From IMG/VR virus record IMGVR_UViG_3300046517_000932: a stretch of 29,312 nucleotides of DNA; one strand, given 5' to 3'. How positions within the stretch are numbered: position 1 is the stretch's first letter; each line of letters opens with the position of its first letter. The position numbers and the translations under genes were made by a program. Of the stretch, positions 1 to 8,644 are shown piece after piece. This DNA comes from an uncultured virus (IMG/VR IMGVR_UViG_3300046517_000932). Taxonomy: Duplodnaviria; Heunggongvirae; Uroviricota; Caudoviricetes. Below the pieces are notes generated by a model, which saw only the letters and a program-made list of their open reading frames with translations, was not told the DNA's origin and made no database searches.

Positions 1-1
1 C

Positions 2-3000
2 GCGCGCGCCGAAGGCCATCGCCAGGCGTCCGTTCAACGACACGTGCGCGTCATCGGCGCCCATGAGATCCGCCAGGTCAGCGAACGCGCCGGCGCACTG
101 CTCCGTGTGGAACTTGGCCGATGCCACGTCACGCAGCACCCAGTTACCCGACTGGACGTCGCGCAGGCCGAACATCTCCTTGAGCGCCATCGTCGAATCA
201 GGTGCGACGGTCCGCCCGCCGACGCGCTCGAACGAGTCCGCGACCTTGAGCTGGAACCGTGCCGATTCCTTGGAGATGCGCGGCGCACGTTTCGCCTCTT
301 TCTCCATCCAATCCCAGCCGATCCTCCCGACCTTGGCGGCCGCGACGTGATTCGCGAACGCGTCCGAACCCTTGTACGATCGGTACCGGATCACGCCCAG
401 GAAGCGATCGCCCATGAGGTTCCACGCGCGATGCAGCGGGTTCTCGGTCTGGTTGCGGACCTTCGCCATCAGCTTGAGCACCTCACGCTTACGGCCGAAC
501 TCACTGCGCGCCGCGTCGATCTCATCGTGGCGCGGCTTGTTCTTTTGCAGCGCATCGCCCCACTTCTTATCCGCCGCGTCGTGCCGCTTCTTCAGATCCG
601 CCAGCTTTGCATCCAGATCAGGCTTCGGCGCCCAGCCGCGCCGCTTGCGGTTCTCGACTTCACGCTCGACGCCGTACATCTCCGCGCGAATGTTGCCCAT
701 CTCCGCATACAGCTTGTCCGTCTCGTCGCGGAGCGCCTTGCTTTCATGGAACAGCGCCATCGACGCGTCGCCGTGCGCCTCGTACTGCTCGGCCTCCTCC
801 GCCGTCAGCATCGTGCCCTCGTACTCCTCGCGCAGGCTGTCGAGCACGCCCGTCACGTCCGCCGGCGTCTTGCAGCCCTCCAGCCGGTCGCGCAGGGACT
901 GCAGGCCAATCGCATAGTCCTTGCGCGCTTGAGCCGACTCAGCGCTCGGCTCCTGGCCGATAGCCGCATAGATGCGATCGACCAGGAACCCGGCGCCAGG
1001 ATCCATACCGCCATCGCGCAGCGCGGGCCAATCCACTTCGCCGAACAGGTTCGACTTCGTGATCAGGGTTTTTGCCTCGCGCGGGTTCTGCTCGAGCTCG
1101 TCCCAGTCGATCGCCGTCGCGAACACGCGCGCGCCTTCCTTCTTTGCTCGCGTGATCACCTCGAGCGCCGCGCGTTCCTTCCGGGATCCGCCGATGTGCC
1201 CGGTGTCGGCATAGCGATAGTTCTCGCTTGACGGACGGTCGACGTCGGCCTCGACCGGCTCCTCGCGCGCGGCGACGCGCTCCGCCACCTTCTTGACGAG
1301 CGCTTTCGCCTTGTCGCTGTGCGGATTGCGCGCCAGCTCGTCGGCGAGATCCTCGCGGTCTTCGGCGAGCTCGACGTCGGGATTCGTCGGCGCCGGCATG
1401 GCGGGTTCGACGACGGGCTCTGCAGCGGCCGCCGCCGGCGCGGCATAGGCGCGCAGCTTGTCGCGCACCATGTCGGCGAACTGACCCATGTCGCCAACCG
1501 ACGGGACATAGCCCTTGGCCTTCGACTTCAGGCGATCCGCGACCGTTTGCCGGAATTGATCCGGCTCGTTGTCGGCCATTTCGATGTAGGGCTCCGCATA
1601 ACGCTTGAGAGCCTCCGCGACGTCGTCAGCATACTCCGCACGGTCATCCCCATCGGCCATATGCGCCATCTCGTATTGCTTGGTCTCCGCGTCGCTCAGC
1701 TTGCGGTTATAGACCGCCACGCCGTTGCGTGCATAGTCATGGTGCACCTCGCCGACGGCCGGACGATCTTCGGTCCGGACAAAATCTTTCGGCGCGGTAC
1801 TGATGCCGACCGGACGATTGACCATCGCGTAACGATGCTCTTTCGCAGATTCCACCGGCGCCGCTTGCTCGACGGCCGGCGATTCCTCGCGATGCCAGCG
1901 ACCGTCACGGAACACGAGACCGTCGGCATTGCGATCGCCGTCCTTCGGACCCTCCATCGCCTCGCGCTTTGCGATGTACCGCCCGAGCCTCATACGTTCT
2001 TCGGCAATGTTGCGTGCAGCCTCATTGCTGACCGCCGCGCTCGTACGGCGCCCACCACCATTAAACTCGCGCTCGCCGGCCTTTCGGTTGCTCGCGATCT
2101 CGCCGCCCATCTGCTCAAACTTGTCACGCAGTTCAGGCAGTGAGCGCGAGCCATATGCACGATGGCTTTGCTCGAATTCTTCGGCGTCCGCTTTCTCGTC
2201 CCGCTGTGCACGCGTCAGCCGCTGATCTTCCGGCGTCTTGTGATAGGCGGCCGTCGCGCGCTCTACCGCGTCTGCCTTGGCATTCGCAGTCATCCAGCGA
2301 CCATCGACGCCGAACTTGTACTGCCAGTGGCCGGCGAACTCGCGCAGCAAACCGACTGATTCCAGATCCGATTCCGCCACCGGCGCCGCCTCAGCGACCA
2401 TCTCCGGATACTTCGCCGCGATCTCTGCCGGCACGCCTGCGTCCTTCGATGCCGCAGCGAATTCGGCACGCGCGTCGCGCATCTTCTGCTCATACTCAGC
2501 GACCAACTTATCGTCGCGCTTCGACTCGTCGTAGCCGCCCATCGCCATCGCGCCGGACGACAGCTCACGATAATGCTTCGCCTTCTGGTGACGCTCAGCG
2601 ATCTCCGTCAGATTCGCCGCATGAGCGCGCGCAGCACGCCCCGTCTTGGTCATCCGAGCAACTCGTTGCTTCACGTCTGCCAGGAACTGCGCTTTCGTCT
2701 GTCCGTGCCCGGTACCGAACCAGCCAGTAGCCTTCAGCTCGTCAAATTTCATCTTCGACAGCTCCGCGAACGCAGCGTCAGCGTCGTCGTTGTCGAGGTG
2801 CTGCTTGATACGATCCAGCGGCGTCGACTCCGCGACCGGCGCAGCGGCCGCCGGCGCCTCGCCGGCCTGCTCTTTCTTGAATGCCTCTGCGAGCTTGATG
2901 AACTTCTTCGGCTCCCACTTCATCAGGCTATCCATCGTCTCGCGCAGCTTCTTCTCGCCGAAGTGCGCGCCGTGCTTCGCCAGCATCGCGGCACCGACCT

Positions 3001-5680
3001 CGTCGAATAGCTCCTTGGCGCGCACCTTGTCGGATTTGTTCTCTGCGCTCGACTCCTTGCGCTTCTTCTCCGCTTCGGCGGCCTGCTCCTTTTTGTAGCG
3101 ATCGATCTGCGCATCGATGTCGCCGCGCTTCGACAGCGGCACGTTCAACTCACCGTGATCCATCGGGCGCGCGGGCGCCGCCGGCTTTTCATCGGACTTC
3201 ACCGGATAGATCGGATCCTGACGGTCGTTGTCGCCGGCCGGCGGCATATCCGCGCTTGTCCAAAACCGAACGGTCGAATCCGCGTTCACCTGCGCTTTCC
3301 CGTCGACGATCGGATGCGCGATCACCAGGTGATTGCGTTGATAGTGCACGCGGTACAGGTTGCCCTTGCCGTCGCGAACCGTCGTGCCATCGTGCAATGC
3401 CGACGCGATCGTTACGCGACCGTCATCCGCCGCAGGCGTTTCCTCGCGATGCCAGCGCCCATCCTTGAAAACCAGGCCATCCGCGTTACGCTCGCCGTCT
3501 TTCGGGCCTGCGTCGACCGGCGCGGCCGCAGCCTCAGCAGGTTTCGCGATCACCAGCATGCGTGCATTGGCGCCGGTTTGCGACGGCAGATCCGAGCCCT
3601 TGAAGGTGTTTGCCGGCAGCTTCTCGACGTCGGCGCCGTGCTCATCGAGCCAGGAACGGAACGCCGTCGCGCGCTGATCGGTTCCGAAGAACACGCCCTC
3701 GCCCGCGATCGCGACCAGCTTGCCGCCCGGCTTGAGCATGTCGAACGCGCGCATGATGTGCGTCGCGTCCTTGCGATCGGAGAACGGGGGGTTCATGATC
3801 ACCGCGTCGTATTGCTTGCCCGGTTCGAACGTGTCGAAGTCGTGCGCCGCGATGTTGTGCCCCTTCGCGCTCAGCACGTTGCGCAAGGTGTCGGAGATCT
3901 CGATCGCGTCGACCGTTGCGCCGGCGTCTCGCGCCGCGTCCGCCAGGTGTCCGTTACCGGCCGACGGTTCGAGCACGGACATACCCGGCTTGACGCCCGC
4001 CATCTCCGCCATCTTGGCCGCGAGCGGTTTCGGTGTCGGGAAGAAATCGATGCCGACCTTCTTGCCGACCAGCGCGCGCTCCGCCGCCTTGATCGGATCC
4101 TCTTTTTTCACGCCGTCACGGAACGTCAGATATTCGGCGAGCGCCAGGCGCAATTCATGGTCCGTGTTGATGCCGAGGCGCGCCAGGCGGTCGACCTTCT
4201 TGACCTGCTCGACGTTCCACCAGCCGAGCCCATAGCTGATGTCTTTCTCGTCCAAGTACTTTTTGAGATCCTTGACCATCGCGCCGTCAGGACCGCCTGA
4301 CGCACGCAGGCGTTCGATCAGGGGCTTAGCGCCGCGCTTGCCTTGCAATTTATCGATCAGTTGCGACTTGTTGGCGCCGCCAGTGCCCCACGACGGCCGG
4401 TAAATTTTCGCGTTGCGGATGTCGTCCGGTTCCGGCGCGCGGCCCTTGCGCTCGAGCTGCTGCTGATACGTCAGATTTCGATCCGCTTCGTGCATAGCGC
4501 TGCGCACGGACGCATCGAGCGATTCGACGGCCGCGCGAGTGCTGATTCCCTTCAGATGCCGCGCCTCACCCGCCTCGATCGCGTCCGCCAGGTTGATCAT
4601 CGTGCCGGCGATCGCGAGACGCCTGCGCGCATCATCGTCCGCACCGGCCGCCATGCGCGCACGGCGTGCGGTATTGGCGAGACGATCGCGCCCGAGATCC
4701 GCGTTAGCCTGATCCGCGAGCTTTTGACCAGCCGCGCGCAGCTTTGCCGCCTGCTCTTTGCTACGGTCGACGGCCGCCGCGTTCTCTGCGCGCTTTTCCT
4801 CCTCGCCCGGCTCATACTTCGCGGCCGGCGCCGACACTGCCGCCTGCGTCGCGCCGCTGAGGTGCTTCTCGCGGATGAACCAGCCGCCGTCCTTGCGGAA
4901 CGTGTACGGATCGATCGCCGCCGCTTCGTGGCCGCTCAGATCCTTACGCACGACGCCGCGCAGGACTTTGCCCTTGGCAGTCGTGTGCTGGACGATATCG
5001 TGCGCGGCCGGCGCCTGCTCATCGGCCGCCGGCGGATCGATCCAGTCATTGATCTGGAACGGGACCACGCCGTTTTTCTGCTGCTTGCCCTGCGTCGTGC
5101 TCGCCAGGTGCGCGAATACCTTGCCGTCCTCCTCGCGCACGCGGCCGAGACTCAGGATCCGCCACGTGTCGCCGTCGTGCTCGACCGTCTTTTCGCCTGG
5201 CTTCGCTTGAGGCGGAAGGGGCTTCTCGTCCTTCGCCTGCTCCGGCGCGGCCGTTTCTTTCGCCGCCTCGACGACTGGCTCGACCTTCTTCTCCGGCAGG
5301 GGATCCGGCGCCGCCGAACGCATATCCGACACGTGCATACCCAGCCGCTCGATCACGGCGCCCGGCTCGAGCCCGTCGATATGCGCCATCGCGTCGATCA
5401 GCTTGGCACGTTGCTCCGGCCGCATCTCCATCAGCGTCGAGCGCATGCGCGCTTCGCCGCCGTGCTTGGCGAGGAACTTGTCGAGCTTGGGAGTTTTCTT
5501 AGCGGCTTTGGGCGCTTCAGGAGCGGGACCGAACAGGTGCCCCTGCTCGTGCGGTTTCATCGCAACGTGCGCCGTGCGCATGTGCGGTTTGACGTATGTG
5601 CCATCCTTCCGATAGCCGCCGGCGACGTGCACCGGCATGCTAAACAGCGGAAGCTGCGACTTGCGAAGAAAGAAGATCAT
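2..5680 (-). CDS. Giant polyvalent protein (>1890 aa, runs off the window's left edge): N6-adenine DNA methyltransferase + DarA-C-like + LPD5/LPD1-like segments
   Basis: Hand-translated open frame from ATG 5680 (MIFFLRKSQLPLF...) with no stop to position 2; absent from the ORF track because it has no stop in the window. MTase motifs DFFPTP, VLEPSAGNG and IMNPPF (~3555-4050). YAMVNRPVGISTAPK...RNGVAVYNRKLSDAETKQYEM (~1660-1840) resembles DarA C-terminal domain. DTGHIGGSRKE (~1170-1215) is LPD5-like. FGLRDVQSGNWV...LADL...SLNGRLAMAFGAR (<200) is LPD1-like. Confidence 0.88.
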   Translation of the reverse strand, partial: MIFFLRKSQLPLFSMPVHVAGGYRKDGTYVKPHMRTAHVAMKPHEQGHLFGPAPEAPKAAKKTPKLDKFLAKHGGEARMRSTLMEMRPEQRAKLIDAMAHIDGLEPGAVIERLGMHVSDMRSAAPDPLPEKKVEPVVEAAKETAAPEQAKDEKPLPPQAKPGEKTVEHDGDTWRILSLGRVREEDGKVFAHLASTTQGKQQKNGVVPFQINDWIDPPAADEQAPAAHDIVQHTTAKGKVLRGVVRKDLSGHEAAAIDPYTFRKDGGWFIREKHLSGATQAAVSAPAAKYEPGEEEKRAENAAAVDRSKEQAAKLRAAGQKLADQANADLGRDRLANTARRARMAAGADDDARRRLAIAGTMINLADAIEAGEARHLKGISTRAAVESLDASVRSAMHEADRNLTYQQQLERKGRAPEPDDIRNAKIYRPSWGTGGANKSQLIDKLQGKRGAKPLIERLRASGGPDGAMVKDLKKYLDEKDISYGLGWWNVEQVKKVDRLARLGINTDHELRLALAEYLTFRDGVKKEDPIKAAERALVGKKVGIDFFPTPKPLAAKMAEMAGVKPGMSVLEPSAGNGHLADAARDAGATVDAIEISDTLRNVLSAKGHNIAAHDFDTFEPGKQYDAVIMNPPFSDRKDATHIMRAFDMLKPGGKLVAIAGEGVFFGTDQRATAFRSWLDEHGADVEKLPANTFKGSDLPSQTGANARMLVIAKPAEAAAAPVDAGPKDGERNADGLVFKDGRWHREETPAADDGRVTIASALHDGTTVRDGKGNLYRVHYQRNHLVIAHPIVDGKAQVNADSTVRFWTSADMPPAGDNDRQDPIYPVKSDEKPAAPARPMDHGELNVPLSKRGDIDAQIDRYKKEQAAEAEKKRKESSAENKSDKVRAKELFDEVGAAMLAKHGAHFGEKKLRETMDSLMKWEPKKFIKLAEAFKKEQAGEAPAAAAPVAESTPLDRIKQHLDNDDADAAFAELSKMKFDELKATGWFGTGHGQTKAQFLADVKQRVARMTKTGRAARAHAANLTEIAERHQKAKHYRELSSGAMAMGGYDESKRDDKLVAEYEQKMRDARAEFAAASKDAGVPAEIAAKYPEMVAEAAPVAESDLESVGLLREFAGHWQYKFGVDGRWMTANAKADAVERATAAYHKTPEDQRLTRAQRDEKADAEEFEQSHRAYGSRSLPELRDKFEQMGGEIASNRKAGEREFNGGGRRTSAAVSNEAARNIAEERMRLGRYIAKREAMEGPKDGDRNADGLVFRDGRWHREESPAVEQAAPVESAKEHRYAMVNRPVGISTAPKDFVRTEDRPAVGEVHHDYARNGVAVYNRKLSDAETKQYEMAHMADGDDRAEYADDVAEALKRYAEPYIEMADNEPDQFRQTVADRLKSKAKGYVPSVGDMGQFADMVRDKLRAYAAPAAAAAEPVVEPAMPAPTNPDVELAEDREDLADELARNPHSDKAKALVKKVAERVAAREEPVEADVDRPSSENYRYADTGHIGGSRKERAALEVITRAKKEGARVFATAIDWDELEQNPREAKTLITKSNLFGEVDWPALRDGGMDPGAGFLVDRIYAAIGQEPSAESAQARKDYAIGLQSLRDRLEGCKTPADVTGVLDSLREEYEGTMLTAEEAEQYEAHGDASMALFHESKALRDETDKLYAEMGNIRAEMYGVEREVENRKRRGWAPKPDLDAKLADLKKRHDAADKKWGDALQKNKPRHDEIDAARSEFGRKREVLKLMAKVRNQTENPLHRAWNLMGDRFLGVIRYRSYKGSDAFANHVAAAKVGRIGWDWMEKEAKRAPRISKESARFQLKVADSFERVGGRTVAPDSTMALKEMFGLRDVQSGNWVLRDVASAKFHTEQCAGAFADLADLMGADDAHVSLNGRLAMAFGAR

Positions 5681-5708
5681 TAGGGGGCCTATTAAGAGCG
5701 TCCCCCAC

Positions 5709-5724
5709 ATGATTACGTCACGAC
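5709..5724 (-). promoter_or_regulatory. Putative late promoter
   Basis: GTCGTGAC-GT-AATCAT upstream of the giant gene. Confidence 0.55.
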
Positions 5725-6240
5725 GTCAGAAGCCTTATAGAATAAGACTCTTAGCGACTTGATCATCGCGGGTTTTTCCCGCGTCGCGCGGGCCTTCTCG
5801 ATGAACTCCGCGACGGGCATAGCGATGATGCCGCCAAAGAATCGCGGATCGTCGTAGTGCGCCAGATACGCTTTCTTTGCGGCCGCCATCGAGGCAAAGC
5901 CGAGGAAACACTTGTCCTCGTCGTACTTGCTCCAGTCCTTGCGCGTCATCTGGCGAACGATGTAGACCTCCGGCGCCGACTCGTCCGGACCCATATAGAC
6001 GTCAACCGGATCCCCGTCGACACCCTCCGTTCCGGCGATCTCGCCGTAGGCGTACTCGAACACGGTCCGCCACTTCGCGCCGGTCTCGTCGACGCCCTCG
6101 CGCACGGTGCCCGCCGGGTTTTCGATATTGATGTCGAGCCCGTTCCACTTCATGCGCAGCTTTTTGTAATTGCCGGCCGCCGCCTGCGCGGGAGTCGGTT
6201 TTTTCCAGCCGTCGGCACGGCCCTTCAACAGCAACATCAT
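5713..6240 (-). CDS. Inorganic pyrophosphatase-like (InPase) domain protein of the polyvalent-protein type
   Basis: GNYKK...GLDINIENPAG...YGEIAGTEGVDGDPVDVYMG...DEDKCFLGF...AYLAHY. Start re-assigned to ATG 6240 (MMLLLKG), which overlaps the upstream stop codon. Confidence 0.8.
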   Translation of the reverse strand: MMLLLKGRADGWKKPTPAQAAAGNYKKLRMKWNGLDINIENPAGTVREGVDETGAKWRTVFEYAYGEIAGTEGVDGDPVDVYMGPDESAPEVYIVRQMTRKDWSKYDEDKCFLGFASMAAAKKAYLAHYDDPRFFGGIIAMPVAEFIEKARATREKPAMIKSLRVLFYKASDVVT

Positions 6241-7385
6241 TTCGCCCCCAGTACGCTTCGCAGGTAGTCGCCGAATTCCTTGTCGTCCCCCGGCTCGTCT
6301 TGAATGGTCGGAACCCACCGGCCGCGACAGTGCGGATGTTGAGCTCCGGCCGCAATCCAGTACATCTCCTCCGGCTCGCGATGCACGAGGATGGTCCCGA
6401 CGCGCTTGCGCGGCGCATTGGATCGCCCCATGTTCGTCTTGCCCGGCCATATCTGTGTCGTGCCGTCCTTGTCCGGCGCGTCCGCCGCGACCACCTCCAT
6501 GATCGTGCCGTCGATCTTGCGGCACCAGGAGCAGGCATTGCGGTATTGCTCGACGCGCTTGAGCTTGGATCCGATCGGCATGCTCGAGACGTACCCCTGG
6601 TTCTGGTTCTCCGTCGTCTCCGTCTCCGCGATCCGCCGCCAGTCACGATTGAGCGTCGCGAACTCGTCGACGAGCGTCGTCTGCAGCGAGTGACGCGGCC
6701 CTGGCGTGCCGAGGAACGTCTGCTCCGTGTGCTCGAGCACGACCTGGCGCATGCGATGCCGCGTGTTATCGGCGACGCGCTGGACGTTCTCCACGCCGCG
6801 CACGCGCGCATAGTCGAGGATGATCGACTGCACCGGCGACATCGTGAACTGCGCACGCGCCGCGCTCACGGTCGCCGGAAGCGCCTCGAGCAGCTTGTCG
6901 GCCTGCTTGGCTGTCAGATTCTCAATGTTCGCCTGCACGCGGCCCATCATCGTCGAACGCACCGCGAGCCACTCCGCCTCAGTCCGGAGATCGTCCGGCG
7001 GCAGGTAGCGCATCGCGAGGTAGTCGACGACCATCATCCAGTCATCGAGATCAAACGCCGACGGCGGCAGCGCCTCGAGGTAGAGCTTGACGAGCGCCTG
7101 CTCGGACGCGGACCAGCGCTGCATGTATCCCTCCGGCCGCGCGACGCGCGATCCCCCGCGATGCTTCTCGCCGGCGAGCCACTGCTCGAGCTCCGTGCGG
7201 AACCCGTCGAGACGCATCAGTCCCCGCCGCGTGAACAACTCCACCAGGCGTCGCACGAACGGGTTTTCGTGCTCCGACCAGATCGAATCGTCGTCGTCAT
7301 GGCTGTGAATCGCCTTGTAGATCGTGTGCAGCGCGCGGTCGGACTGCTGCTCGGTCAGCTCGCCGATATCAAGAAGTAGGGTCAT
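6237..7385 (-). CDS. Phage head morphogenesis protein (SPP1 gp7/Mu F-like)
   Basis: RDWRRIAETE, CSWC and C-terminal HPHCRGRW motifs; located near the portal gene. Confidence 0.75.
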   Translation of the reverse strand: MTLLLDIGELTEQQSDRALHTIYKAIHSHDDDDSIWSEHENPFVRRLVELFTRRGLMRLDGFRTELEQWLAGEKHRGGSRVARPEGYMQRWSASEQALVKLYLEALPPSAFDLDDWMMVVDYLAMRYLPPDDLRTEAEWLAVRSTMMGRVQANIENLTAKQADKLLEALPATVSAARAQFTMSPVQSIILDYARVRGVENVQRVADNTRHRMRQVVLEHTEQTFLGTPGPRHSLQTTLVDEFATLNRDWRRIAETETTENQNQGYVSSMPIGSKLKRVEQYRNACSWCRKIDGTIMEVVAADAPDKDGTTQIWPGKTNMGRSNAPRKRVGTILVHREPEEMYWIAAGAQHPHCRGRWVPTIQDEPGDDKEFGDYLRSVLGAK

Positions 7386-7391
7386 AGGCCC

Positions 7392-7407
7392 ATCATAAAG
7401 TCACGAC
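7392..7407 (-). promoter_or_regulatory. Putative late promoter (leaderless mRNA)
   Basis: GTCGTGAC-TT-TATGAT, 6 nt, then ATG 7385. Confidence 0.6.
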
Positions 7408-7465
7408 ACACTTACTCATTTTTGATACACTCCGCGTTCGTCGAATCCATCAAATACCGCACGCC

Positions 7466-7921
7466 ATGAAGAAAAGATCTGTCCCCCGCTCGAAAAGAGT
7501 CACGAATGCCATGCAGATCGCCGGCGCCCGGCCGGCACTGCGTGCCATCCTATCAATCATGGCGACGTGGGACGCGCCGAACGGCCCGGAAGCAGATCCG
7601 GCGGATATCGTCGGCCTGCAAGGGTTTTTCCTCGGATATGATCGAGTGTGCAAAAACGCTGGAGTGCCGTTTGATGCGTCGATCGCCAATGAAATCCTCG
7701 ACCGGATGCACCACGACCAGCCGTTATCGCGCGCCGACATACACACGCTGCAGGTGGAGGCATCCAAGCTATTGCGCGCCGCTAGGAGCGTGCGCAGCGT
7801 CGACATCTGGATCGAAAGCCTGCAGGACATGGAGATCTACTGTCACGTGCACGGCTGGCAATGGAAGGGAATCGGGAGAGCGCCGGAAGGTTTCTCCGCC
7901 GGCGTGCAGATCGCCGCGTAA
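7466..7921 (+). CDS. Hypothetical protein inserted on the opposite strand within the head module
   Basis: 151-aa ORF filling the gap, with protein-like composition; an operator-like site lies upstream at 7412. Confidence 0.6.
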   Translation: MKKRSVPRSKRVTNAMQIAGARPALRAILSIMATWDAPNGPEADPADIVGLQGFFLGYDRVCKNAGVPFDASIANEILDRMHHDQPLSRADIHTLQVEASKLLRAARSVRSVDIWIESLQDMEIYCHVHGWQWKGIGRAPEGFSAGVQIAA

Positions 7922-8029
7922 CGTGCGGATACGGTCAGATCATCGCGGGAGATACGCTCACTCTGACTGCGGGCCGTTTTAACCGACGTTCCCGCTCACG
8001 GCGTCGCCCTCTCGCCAAGGAACGCTTTC

Positions 8030-8045
8030 AGTATGCAATCACGAC
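8030..8045 (-). promoter_or_regulatory. Putative late promoter with no downstream ORF
   Basis: GTCGTGAT-TG-CATACT. Confidence 0.45.
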
Positions 8046-8644
8046 TCGTCTTTCTGGCCGCCCTTCTCGTGCCGCGTGATCTCGTTCCAATGGATCTGAT
8101 GCACGCGGCCGCTCGAGTCTTTCACATGCGCGCCAGTTTTCCCGGTCTCACCGATCACCTCGCCGGATCCCGTGAAGTCACCCGCCTCGAAATGTAGGCG
8201 ATCGCCGGCCGCGACGTTGTGCGAGCCAAATTCGCCCTTAGGCTCCTCCGGCTCCTCTTTCTTCAACGGCGCGTCGCCCTTCGCAGCTTTGGCGAACAGC
8301 ACCAGGCGATTTCCGCCGAACGCTTTCACGATCATCTTGTCCTCGCGCGCATCCGGCGCCACAGTAAGGTATCGACGCATGCCGGCCGCGTCCTCGACGA
8401 TCATCCCATCTTCGCCCTGGTCGATCACGTTGTAATGCTGCGTCGCGCGCTTCTTCGCGCCGAGCACGTGTTTCCAGCCGACCTTATGCCGCTCGCCGTC
8501 GCAGTCCACCGTCGCGCCGTGCTTGCCGTGCGCGACCACGCGCCCCGCGCGCGGCCCCTTCACGTGATTGATGTAGACCTCGTCCCCGATGTCGACGCCC
8601 GGGTTCTGAACGGGTTGGTCTTTCTGCTTGGGATCCATGATCAC
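8039..8644 (-). CDS. Hypothetical virion-associated protein (possibly two SH3/KOW-like beta repeats)
   Basis: Overlaps the portal stop codon. Similar segments VDIGDEVY...GRVVAHGKHGATV...HKVGW and VAAGDRLHF...GEVIGETGKTGAHV...HQIHW. Confidence 0.7.
   Translation of the reverse strand: MIMDPKQKDQPVQNPGVDIGDEVYINHVKGPRAGRVVAHGKHGATVDCDGERHKVGWKHVLGAKKRATQHYNVIDQGEDGMIVEDAAGMRRYLTVAPDAREDKMIVKAFGGNRLVLFAKAAKGDAPLKKEEPEEPKGEFGSHNVAAGDRLHFEAGDFTGSGEVIGETGKTGAHVKDSSGRVHQIHWNEITRHEKGGQKDES

Noticed and set aside
44..5683. Long plus-strand ORFs (44-1231, 1319-2143, 3155-4300, 4343-5683)
   Set aside because: Arg/Leu/Val-rich antisense shadows of the giant minus-strand gene, typical of high-GC coding DNA.
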